Origin: a virus | Taxonomy: Duplodnaviria; Caudoviricetes | Strand: one strand, 5' to 3' | DNA: 64,000 nucleotides | IMG/VR virus record: IMGVR_UViG_3300043449_001907 | Location: 1,694-65,693 of that record | Shown here: positions 47,203-55,551 of the stretch, in pieces | How positions within the stretch are numbered: the stretch's first letter is position 1 | Layout of the letters: every line of letters starts with the position of its first letter | Position numbers and translations under genes: made by a program | The notes under the pieces: model-generated | What the model was told of the DNA's origin: nothing | The model's database searches: none | What the model saw: only the letters and a program-made list of their open reading frames with translations

Positions 47203-48261
47203 ATGGCAAGGGTAACGAATCTTTTTAAAGATAAGGTTTATGTATTTAGCTCTTTGAGAGAGGTTTTCTCTAGCGAAGAAGAGCTAATCGCAAAGATTTT
47301 TAATAAAGAAGGATTGCAGAGTCCAGAAGAAATAAAATTTCTAAGCGCAAACCTTAACAATGATTTATTTTTAATCAGAACAAACGAAGGAGAATTTTGT
47401 CTCAAAATGTCTCTTGATAAAAACAACTCCAATCTAGAAAAGGAATTTTTAATTTTAAAAGATAATTGGAAAAGGAGAATTGCGCCGTTTCCCATTTGTC
47501 ACGGTATCGTTCCCAATCACTCGTCTGTAGAATACAGCGTAGTTGGATTTGTACCTGCTCCTAATTTATACGATTTTGGAATTCAAGAAGTTATAGAATC
47601 AGAAGATGCCATTCCTTATTTTTTCGCTAACTTAAGCAGATATGACTGCTCAAATACTAAAAAGACAATGAAAGATCATCTTGAATATTATTTATCGTTT
47701 GATATTTTTAAAATTCCAGATGTTGATGCTGAATGGATTAAAAACCATAATAAAATTAAAGATTTAATTAAAAATCAAGTCATTTTTCTACAGAACCTAC
47801 TCAAAGAAAAGTTACAAAATTTCGCTTTTTCAGAAAAAGATTTTTGCCATGGGGACTTGAACTGCTCGAATATTTTAGCTTTTGGAGAACATTTGCACGC
47901 TATTAATTACGAGAAATCCTATAGCGGAGACTGGGTTTTTGAATTTCTTTGTCTCAAATATGACTTATTTTTTCCCAATTCTATTGAAAAAGAATATCTT
48001 GATAAGATTGAAAACCTTCTCAAAACCAATTTAAACGGTCATAATATTAATCAATTAATGGAATTTGTCTGTTATTTTAATTTGCTTAAATTAATGATTG
48101 AATATTTAACAGAGGTTTATATGCTTAAATGCTCAAGGCAAAACAAAATCTTACAATGTGGAATCAAACTGAGTAAAAACTATGACCATTTTTATCAACT
48201 TCCTGATTTTGACAAAAAACTAAAACCAATAGCAGAATTTTTCGTAGAAAGTGTAATTTAA
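47203..48261 (+). CDS. APH/choline-kinase-like phosphotransferase
   Basis: FCLKM..EKEF, HGDLNCSNIL (Brenner motif), then INYE in place of IDWE. Confidence 0.7.
   Translation: MARVTNLFKDKVYVFSSLREVFSSEEELIAKIFNKEGLQSPEEIKFLSANLNNDLFLIRTNEGEFCLKMSLDKNNSNLEKEFLILKDNWKRRIAPFPICHGIVPNHSSVEYSVVGFVPAPNLYDFGIQEVIESEDAIPYFFANLSRYDCSNTKKTMKDHLEYYLSFDIFKIPDVDAEWIKNHNKIKDLIKNQVIFLQNLLKEKLQNFAFSEKDFCHGDLNCSNILAFGEHLHAINYEKSYSGDWVFEFLCLKYDLFFPNSIEKEYLDKIENLLKTNLNGHNINQLMEFVCYFNLLKLMIEYLTEVYMLKCSRQNKILQCGIKLSKNYDHFYQLPDFDKKLKPIAEFFVESVI
48251..48259 (+). promoter_or_regulatory. GTGTAA motif
   Basis: AAGTGTAATTTAATTAT-ATG. Confidence 0.55.
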
Positions 48262-48265
48262 TTAT

Positions 48266-48469
48266 ATGCCCTTACCGAACGCAAAACCAAAGGAAAAGCA
48301 ACAGGAATTCATGAATCGCTGTATGTCAGACGATATTATGAATAAAGACTTTAAAGACCAGAAGCAACGAGCCGCTGTTTGCTATTCTCAATATCGCAAG
48401 AGAACAAAAAACAAGTCAGAAGCATCTTGGGATGATGTTCGCAAAGGAGATATTTTAGGACTGATTTAA
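48266..48469 (+). CDS. Conserved small phage protein
   Basis: MPLP..EKQQEFMNRCM..QRAAVCYSQY, a motif common in phages. Confidence 0.75.
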   Translation: MPLPNAKPKEKQQEFMNRCMSDDIMNKDFKDQKQRAAVCYSQYRKRTKNKSEASWDDVRKGDILGLI

Positions 48470-48473
48470 TTTT

Positions 48474-50048
48474 ATGATTTCTCTTGATTTAAACGCAAAC
48501 CAAATCAACCAAGCTCTAAATGCAGCTTATACAGGATTAGTATTTGCTGGCACTGGAATTGTGCGCTTGACTGGTTCTCAAAATATTTCAGGAGACAAGA
48601 CATTTTATGGAGCCGTTAATTCAAGCGGTTCTTTTGAAACTACTGGAGTTTCGCGGTTTTTACCCCCAAGTGATGTTTCTGTTGATTTAGGATCAGCGGG
48701 TCTTAGGTTTAAGACGGGATTTGTTTCGGGTATTGATGCGATTACTGGATACATTCGAACTCTTAAAGTAGATAATTTAATTGCTTCAGTTACTCCAAAT
48801 CTAGTTAATGCTACTGCTAATAATTTAACAATCAGTGGTCAAACAAACATTCAACAAGCTGCCATTTCTGGAAATGCTTCAATTGGCGGAAATGCTATTA
48901 TCACTGGCGCTCTTAATGTTACTGGCAATACAGTTTTAGCTGGAACAGTTTATTCTACTGGAGAAAAAACATTCTCTGGAACTTTAAATCAGAGTGGTAG
49001 TTTAAATATTTTTGGCACTGAATCAATTAGTGGTGGATTAAATGTAACAGGAGATGTTTTTTGCACTGGCAACGCTCTCATTAAAGGCAATATTAGCATT
49101 ACTGGCAATTATAGCCAAACAGGAGGTTTCTTTTTAAATACAAATGATAGCAATGTAATAATTACTGGCGCTGGAAGTAGTCATAAGTTTTCAGTGATTG
49201 CTCCCATGTTTTTTTCAGGAATTATTTCTCATGGTGGAGATTTAAATAGTACTGGAACATTTCTCCACAAAGGGGATTTTTCAAATAGCGGAGCTTTTTC
49301 AAATACTGGAAATTTTACAGTTTTTGGAAACGTAATAGCCACAGGCAATTTTGCAGCTTCAAAAGTTTTCGCTACTGGGATTACAGCGACAGGAACATCA
49401 TCCACACCAGCTTTAATTGTTCAATCGAATCTAACATCTTCTCCAAGTGGCGGAGCTATTGAATATAATAAAAATTATTTTTCTTTAACTGCTGAATCTA
49501 CTGGTTCTCCAACAAGATCAATTGTTAATCAAACCTTCTCTTATTTTGCTCCACAGAGTTTTTATTCAGGAATACCAACAGCCCATGCCGATAACTCACT
49601 ATTAGGAAATACTGGTATTTATCTTAATACTGGACGTTATCATATTAAATATGATGTAAAATTTAGCTTATCAGGTACTTTTGCAAAAGATATTGCTTTG
49701 GGAATTACTGGTGATTATTTTACTAATAGAATTGGTACTTTAACAAGTTCACCTGCCGTTGCAAATGCAGCAATGACAAGAACTGGGTTTTTTGGTCAAA
49801 CCTATGTAAAAGGAATTATTGTCAGTGGTGCTGATATTGGTAATGCAGGGGCAGATACTTGGAATAGTTTTTACTCTTTTGATGCCACAGTTACAATTAC
49901 TGGAGCTACAAAAATTCGTCCTATTTTTAGAATGGGAGTAACTCCTGTTGCGATTACTGGTAGAGCTTTTACTATGGAGGTAACTCAACTAGCCACTGGC
50001 ACAGGAGTTGGTTTAGCTGGAGCTAATGGCCCATGGTCTGACGCATAA
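48474..50048 (+). CDS. Fibre/spike-like structural protein with beta-solenoid repeats
   Basis: LTGSQNISGDKTF fibre motif; periodic I/V-x-G-N repeats; rich in Gly, Thr and Ser. Confidence 0.6.
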   Translation: MISLDLNANQINQALNAAYTGLVFAGTGIVRLTGSQNISGDKTFYGAVNSSGSFETTGVSRFLPPSDVSVDLGSAGLRFKTGFVSGIDAITGYIRTLKVDNLIASVTPNLVNATANNLTISGQTNIQQAAISGNASIGGNAIITGALNVTGNTVLAGTVYSTGEKTFSGTLNQSGSLNIFGTESISGGLNVTGDVFCTGNALIKGNISITGNYSQTGGFFLNTNDSNVIITGAGSSHKFSVIAPMFFSGIISHGGDLNSTGTFLHKGDFSNSGAFSNTGNFTVFGNVIATGNFAASKVFATGITATGTSSTPALIVQSNLTSSPSGGAIEYNKNYFSLTAESTGSPTRSIVNQTFSYFAPQSFYSGIPTAHADNSLLGNTGIYLNTGRYHIKYDVKFSLSGTFAKDIALGITGDYFTNRIGTLTSSPAVANAAMTRTGFFGQTYVKGIIVSGADIGNAGADTWNSFYSFDATVTITGATKIRPIFRMGVTPVAITGRAFTMEVTQLATGTGVGLAGANGPWSDA

Positions 50049-50051
50049 TTT

Positions 50052-50726
50052 ATGCCTTATCTCAATCACAACATTCCTACGATTACTTGTTTAATTCGTA
50101 ACGAATATTTATTTAACCATGAAAAAGGTCATGGTGAATATACGCCAGCCGATGTTCATTCTGTTGCTTCGATTGAAAAAAGAGTTCCACTATTTGAGGC
50201 GTATTTAAATAACGGCGTTAATTGGACTCGTCGCCCCATCACAGCATTTTGCTGGAAGCCTTGCGATCCTGTTCCTCTTGAACACGCAATGTATTGGGAC
50301 TGTTTCTCACCCTATGTTGACGTTCAGGTGCGTCAAAGAATGCGCGGATTACGCGCAAAGCTCATTACACCTTCCAACACCAAAGAGTGCGGAGAATACA
50401 TGTTTACGCTTGATTGGGCGTGGGAGAACAAAAGCGTTCTAGATACTAATTTCAGTGAAACACCTGAGCATAAATGCGCTCATGTATTTAAAATGGATAA
50501 CGGCAATTTCTACGCTTATCCAAATAATCGCATCATCTGGCATGATGATGCTTGGGTTTACGAGCCTATTGAAAAAAACCCAGGCTATAAAATTGATTTA
50601 ACTGTTTATTCAGTAGAAAATAAAAGAAATAAATTTACTGATTATAGTTACATCACTGAATTTTCCGATGCGCCAATCAATCATCCAGAGCCTCAAATTC
50701 CCACAAACGAAACTCGCACCTTCTAA
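50052..50726 (+). CDS. Conserved phage hypothetical protein
   Basis: YLNHNIP..WDCFS..YMFTLDW..EHKCAH..GNF.AYPNNRI pattern. Confidence 0.7.
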   Translation: MPYLNHNIPTITCLIRNEYLFNHEKGHGEYTPADVHSVASIEKRVPLFEAYLNNGVNWTRRPITAFCWKPCDPVPLEHAMYWDCFSPYVDVQVRQRMRGLRAKLITPSNTKECGEYMFTLDWAWENKSVLDTNFSETPEHKCAHVFKMDNGNFYAYPNNRIIWHDDAWVYEPIEKNPGYKIDLTVYSVENKRNKFTDYSYITEFSDAPINHPEPQIPTNETRTF

Positions 50727-51075
50727 AATTAATGGTGCAGGAGTAGGTGTTTTCGCCATTAATAAAATACCAGAAGGCTATCCTATTTTTGGCCCCAAAG
50801 GTAAATTATTTTTTATTAGTTGGGATGAAACATCTGACATATCAGATGAACTGCGGTCTTACATCAGATATATCTGTCACTCTAATGAAACTGGATTTTG
50901 GATTGATCGCCATCTTGATCAAATTGATTCTAGTTTTTATGTGAACCATTCGGAAAATCCGAACACTTGGCACGATAAAGAAGCTGACATTTTCTACGCA
51001 GACAGAGACATTGAAGCTGAAGAAGAGATCACTTGCCTATACCCTTATGAGGAAAGAGACTGGTTGTTTAACTGA
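50668..51075 (+). CDS. SET-domain protein-lysine methyltransferase
   Basis: SKINGAGVGVFA (motif I), YVNHSENPN (motif III) and ADRDIEAEEEITCLY (motif IV). Confidence 0.88.
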   Translation: MRQSIIQSLKFPQTKLAPSKINGAGVGVFAINKIPEGYPIFGPKGKLFFISWDETSDISDELRSYIRYICHSNETGFWIDRHLDQIDSSFYVNHSENPNTWHDKEADIFYADRDIEAEEEITCLYPYEERDWLFN

Positions 51076-51485
51076 TCCCAAAGAGTCTTATAATAAAAAC
51101 CATAAGCTACCATAATTTCTCTGAATCTAAGAGTAGAAACAGCTACAATTTGACCGTCAAAATCTTTAATTTTTTGAAGTGTGGAATTATCAATCATGCC
51201 CAAGTCTAAAGCTTCTTTGACAAGAGCTAGCATTTGACTAAAAACTGCTCGGTCTTCGTCCCACAATTTTAACTTAAAATTTTCTGGAGAAACAAGAAAT
51301 CCATTTTCAACCGCTTGATTATATTCATTCCAGCGAACTTCTTCTGGAGAAGGTGAATAAGGAGGAGGGGCAGGTGGTGGAGTTGGTTCAGGAACAATCG
51401 TCCAACCTTTTCTCAAAAGAGTGTCAATAACGCTTTGATCATTTTCGTTGCGATAAGAATTTAATGGTTCGTAAAAAAGTTTCAT
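51045..51485 (-). CDS. Tail fibre assembly-like protein
   Basis: Last gene of the fibre cluster; short Pro linker followed by a helical domain. Confidence 0.5.
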   Translation of the reverse strand: MKLFYEPLNSYRNENDQSVIDTLLRKGWTIVPEPTPPPAPPPYSPSPEEVRWNEYNQAVENGFLVSPENFKLKLWDEDRAVFSQMLALVKEALDLGMIDNSTLQKIKDFDGQIVAVSTLRFREIMVAYGFYYKTLWDQLNNQSLSS

Positions 51486-51488
51486 AAA

Positions 51489-52238
51489 TTATTGATTTGG
51501 AAAAGGTTGAGTTGGTGGAGTGAAGCTAGCTCCAACTCCAGTTGGGTATCTAGCTACTCCAGTTGTTATTCTTAAGTCATCTAATACATGCGGATGACTA
51601 TTTGCTGTTCCAGGACTGCCTCCTAAAGTTAAAATAGCAGAACCCGAATGAGTTAAAGTATTTGTAATTCCGCCCACTCTAGTTCCATTAATAAAAACAT
51701 CATAAACTCCAGTTATAGGAGTTGAAACGGTATTTTTTCTTTGAAACGCTACATGTTTCCAAGCTCCAGTACCAACATTATAATTTAATAAAATATTTAT
51801 AGGAGTTGTAAAATTATTAGCAGAAGTTTGAAAAGTTAAAACTCCAGTAGTTGTTGTGCCTAAAATTCTAGCGAAAGATGTATTAAATAAAGTTCTAGCC
51901 GTTGCCCCATTCAACCAATACCAACCCTCTACTGTCCACTCTTGATTAGTAAGGGAAAATCTTCCATCATTACTTCCAGAAGCGTATGCAGTAGCAGTAC
52001 TTGAAAAATTAATACTTCCCGCACCAAATTTAGGAGTTGTTGGAGAAGTTCCCGTTAAAAGATTTACGTTTGTGGCTCCAGTTATCGTTATTGGATTTTT
52101 TGAAACATCATAAAAAGTTCTATTAACTCCACTAGTGTCAAAATGAGATAAAAATACCACATTATTCCAATAAGGATCACTATCCCCACTAGGAGCTTGA
52201 GACGTAAAGTTTTTTCTTCTAGAAGGAAGTATTACCAT
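51489..52238 (-). CDS. LamG/ConA-like lectin-domain tail protein
   Basis: DPYWNNVVFLSHFD..KFGAGSINF..WTVEGWYW..WKHVAF..LDDLRITTGVARY. Confidence 0.8.
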   Translation of the reverse strand: MVILPSRRKNFTSQAPSGDSDPYWNNVVFLSHFDTSGVNRTFYDVSKNPITITGATNVNLLTGTSPTTPKFGAGSINFSSTATAYASGSNDGRFSLTNQEWTVEGWYWLNGATARTLFNTSFARILGTTTTGVLTFQTSANNFTTPINILLNYNVGTGAWKHVAFQRKNTVSTPITGVYDVFINGTRVGGITNTLTHSGSAILTLGGSPGTANSHPHVLDDLRITTGVARYPTGVGASFTPPTQPFPNQ

Positions 52239-55183
52239 GCGTTAATTCTATTTCCTGTATATTGAATAGATACACCAAGCAAGTAAGCATTAGCTCCTAA
52301 ATCGTCACTAGCATTAGCCACGCTTCTGTAAACTCTAAACAAGAATAAGTCTCCACTAGCTAAAACCCCAGAGGGAGTGAAGGTTGCAGCGGCAGAAGTA
52401 AAAAAGCCAGTTCCAGTAGAGAAGAAGTCATTAACTTCAACTCCTCCAGCAAAACCAGAGTTTAAGAATTCAGTATCACCAACGGCTCTAGATTGAATCC
52501 CCCAAACAATACCTCCAGTCGCACTTCCTGGCGCTGTCCAATGAAACTTAGCTTTCATTGCTCCAAGATCGTAGTCATCAAGAGCAAATTTAAATTGAGT
52601 AAATCCAGTAGTCGCAGAATCAAAGGAATAACAATCATAAGCAATTCCAGAATTTAAAATAGAAACACCCGTTGGAGTTGCACCAGAAATTCCAGTTAGC
52701 ATTGCAGCAGCATCAATATAAATCTCCTGAACATATTGAGAAGAAGTAGTTAAGAATGATCCTGTTTGATTTGTTGTTACGAAATTGCCTGTAGAGCCAG
52801 TGCCAACAAACTGTCCAGTTTGAGAAGAAGTTATAAAGTTTCCAGTTGCTGATTGTAGGGCATAACGATCATCAGCAGCACCAGTTGTTAAAAATGCTCC
52901 TGTCTGAGAATTAATAACAAAAGAACCAGTCTGTCCAGTGGTAATAAATGATCCTGTTTCTGATTGCAAAACATAATTATTAATTCCAGAAACATCGCCA
53001 GTCGTAATTTGGCGAGCAAACCAAGCTCCACTTGCAGAATTATAAAGTAAGGTATCTTTATTTGAAGCATTTAAAGCATAAACATTATGAAGCTCTTCTA
53101 CTTCAAAACCGTTTTGAATTTGAACATAAACCTTGCCATTATTTGATTGAGAACGAAGAACAACACCTAGATAAACTAGATTGTTTAGTCCATAAGGTTT
53201 ACTTCCAGTTCCATAAAGAATTTGTCCAGTTGGGCCAAGCCACATTGGATCACCAGCAGCGCCAGCACTAGTATCAAATCCTTCCAAAGCTCCTTCGGTA
53301 ATTACATAACCCAAATCATTAGGATTCAATGTTTGCGCCAAAAGACCAATAGTTTTAGAAGAGGAAAACTCTCCAGTATTACTAGCCATTTTAATTAATG
53401 GATTTGAGCCATTAGCGCCACCAATATAAACAGGTTGTCCCTTATTTAAAATAAAGGACTCGTCATTTTTAGCATATAAATGAACAATGTCAACAGGATC
53501 GCCGCTCACTAAAACAGGAACATCCAAAACAGTTGGCCTTGTTTGAAAATCCTTAAGACCAGAAATGTCTTGATTTCCTGTTGTGTAAACAACATTCTCT
53601 ACAGGAGCGCTACCACTTCCTCCAGAATCAGTAAAAGAGGCGGATAAAATTGAACCATCCCTTTTGTATAAATTAATTGTTTTGGTGCTGCTTCCAGTAA
53701 CTTCAATGCCAGTTACAGAACCACTATAACCAGAGACAGCATAGCCACTAGTTGTATTAATTTTATTTTGTAAATCTCCACTTACACCAGTAACATATCC
53801 AGTAGTAGCATAAGAACTCAAATCAACTCCAGTAATATATCCAGAAGGATTACTAATTGGATAAAACTGTCCAGTCTGGCTAGAAGTAATGAAAACTCCA
53901 GTTTGACCAGTGGTTATAAAAACTCCTGTTTGTGATTGAAGAGCATAACGAGCGTCTGCCGCTCCTGTGGTTAAAAATGCTCCAGTCTGAGACGATACTA
54001 CAAAATTTCCAGTAGAACCAGTGGCAACAAATTGCCCCGTTTGAGATGCAGTTATGAAACTGCCTGTTGCTGATTGAAGAGTGTAACGAGAGTCTGCTGC
54101 GCCAGTAGTAAGAAACTCACCAGTTTCACTAGGGCGAACAACAGAACCAGTAACAAAGTTTCCAGTCGTTCCAGTACTAACAAATTGTCCAGTTTGACTA
54201 GATGTGATAAAAGAACCTGTTGAATCAGTCGAAACAAACTGACCAGTTTGAGAAGAGGTAATAAAAACTCCAGTTTGACCTGTTGTTACAAAAATTCCCG
54301 TTGCTGATTGTAAAGCGTAACGACTATCAGCAGCACCAGTAGTAAGAAAAGCTCCAGTATCGTTTGGTCTTACAACGCTACCTGTAACAAACTGTCCTGT
54401 AGAACCAGTAGATACAAACTGTCCAGTTTGGCTAGTAGTAACAAAAGAACCTGTTGCTGACTGTAATGCATAGCGACTATCAGCAGCGCCAGTTGTTAAA
54501 AATGCACCAGTGTCAGATGGCCTTACTACATTTCCAGTCACAAATTGACCAGTGGAACCAGTAGATACAAATTGTCCTGTTTGACCAGAAGTGATAAATG
54601 ACCCTGTTGCAGATTGTAATGCGTAACGAGAGTCTGCCGCTCCTGTAGTCAAGAATGCACCAGTTTGACTAGAAACTACAAAATTTCCAGTCTGTCCAGT
54701 TGTAACGAAACTACCTGTTGAAGATTTTGTAACGTAACTGCTTAAATCAACACCAGTAATATAACCGCTAGGATTAGAGTTTAGTGGATAAAAAGCACCT
54801 GTTAGAACTCCTGTATTAATCGCGCTTTCTCCACTTAAGAGAATTCCCGTTCCATTTACTGTTGGTCTAACAGTAAAATTCTTTAAAGAAGAAATTGTTT
54901 GAGAACTTCCAGTATCTAAAAATGCTCCAGTATTTGAAGGACGAACAACTGCTCCTTGAACATAACCGCTGGGATTGCTTCTTAATGGATAAAAAGAACC
55001 AGTAAGAGTTCCTGTAGCAGCAGCACTTAAATAATAAGAATCTAGAGAGTCAGAACCCCCAGGAGCATGAGTTACTGCATGATTGGGAATTCCTTGTCCA
55101 ACAACCACATCAACTTCGGGTGCAGCGCTAACAGTAGCAGCAACAGAAGGAGCAGGATTAATTGTAACATTAATATCGGCCAT
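52232..55183 (-). CDS. Tail fibre-like protein with TG-rich tandem repeats
   Basis: Six copies of TGxFLTTGAADxRYxLQSxTG, many TGxFxT units, and an IYIGGANG..GEVEELHNV fibre-type segment. Confidence 0.75.
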   Translation of the reverse strand: MADINVTINPAPSVAATVSAAPEVDVVVGQGIPNHAVTHAPGGSDSLDSYYLSAAATGTLTGSFYPLRSNPSGYVQGAVVRPSNTGAFLDTGSSQTISSLKNFTVRPTVNGTGILLSGESAINTGVLTGAFYPLNSNPSGYITGVDLSSYVTKSSTGSFVTTGQTGNFVVSSQTGAFLTTGAADSRYALQSATGSFITSGQTGQFVSTGSTGQFVTGNVVRPSDTGAFLTTGAADSRYALQSATGSFVTTSQTGQFVSTGSTGQFVTGSVVRPNDTGAFLTTGAADSRYALQSATGIFVTTGQTGVFITSSQTGQFVSTDSTGSFITSSQTGQFVSTGTTGNFVTGSVVRPSETGEFLTTGAADSRYTLQSATGSFITASQTGQFVATGSTGNFVVSSQTGAFLTTGAADARYALQSQTGVFITTGQTGVFITSSQTGQFYPISNPSGYITGVDLSSYATTGYVTGVSGDLQNKINTTSGYAVSGYSGSVTGIEVTGSSTKTINLYKRDGSILSASFTDSGGSGSAPVENVVYTTGNQDISGLKDFQTRPTVLDVPVLVSGDPVDIVHLYAKNDESFILNKGQPVYIGGANGSNPLIKMASNTGEFSSSKTIGLLAQTLNPNDLGYVITEGALEGFDTSAGAAGDPMWLGPTGQILYGTGSKPYGLNNLVYLGVVLRSQSNNGKVYVQIQNGFEVEELHNVYALNASNKDTLLYNSASGAWFARQITTGDVSGINNYVLQSETGSFITTGQTGSFVINSQTGAFLTTGAADDRYALQSATGNFITSSQTGQFVGTGSTGNFVTTNQTGSFLTTSSQYVQEIYIDAAAMLTGISGATPTGVSILNSGIAYDCYSFDSATTGFTQFKFALDDYDLGAMKAKFHWTAPGSATGGIVWGIQSRAVGDTEFLNSGFAGGVEVNDFFSTGTGFFTSAAATFTPSGVLASGDLFLFRVYRSVANASDDLGANAYLLGVSIQYTGNRINAW
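53870..54740 (-). repeat. Protein-level tandem repeat block in the fibre gene
   Basis: Repeating TGAFLTTGAADSRYALQSATG / SQTGQFVSTG units with diverged synonymous sites. Confidence 0.9.
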
Positions 55184-55530
55184 TATTCAAACCCTCCTCC
55201 TTCTACATCAACATCGCCTTGAATAATTCTCACAGGGCAACCGCTACTAGGAGGATAAATATAAACTTCTTGTTCGTAAGCATCTAAGCTTAGTTGAGAA
55301 GTATCAGAAGCAGTTAATGTCATATTAATAATTCCAGAACCAGTACTTAGAATGGTTGCTGTCCAATTTGGGCCAAGAGTTCCATCCCACTTTCTTCGCA
55401 AATAGCCAGAAGCGGCATATCCAGAAAGAGCATATTCCCCACTCGAAGTACTTAAATCAATCGAGTAAGCATAACAAGCCCCTCTCTGAATTGCGTTTGA
55501 ACCAGTCAAATTATAAGTCCCTGCTGCCAT
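55183..55530 (-). CDS. BppU-N-like baseplate/fibre adaptor protein
   Basis: IQRGA..GY.ASGYLR..G.INMTLTASDT..L..YEQEV..RIIQGDVDV. Confidence 0.65.
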   Translation of the reverse strand: MAAGTYNLTGSNAIQRGACYAYSIDLSTSSGEYALSGYAASGYLRRKWDGTLGPNWTATILSTGSGIINMTLTASDTSQLSLDAYEQEVYIYPPSSGCPVRIIQGDVDVEGGGFE

Positions 55531-55536
55531 ATTATT

Positions 55537-55545
55537 AAATTACAC
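55537..55545 (-). promoter_or_regulatory. GTGTAA motif
   Basis: Minus strand reads AAGTGTAATTTAATAAT-ATG. Confidence 0.55.
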
Positions 55546-55551
55546 TTCAAA

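Noticed and set aside
48474-50048. Enrichment of N-x-S/T sequons suggesting N-glycosylation
   Set aside because: About 15 sequons, which is close to what the high Asn, Ser and Thr content would give by chance.
48474-55183. Diversity-generating retroelement acting on the fibres
   Set aside because: No reverse transcriptase in the window and no repeat pair differing only at adenines; fibre repeats differ at synonymous sites of all bases.
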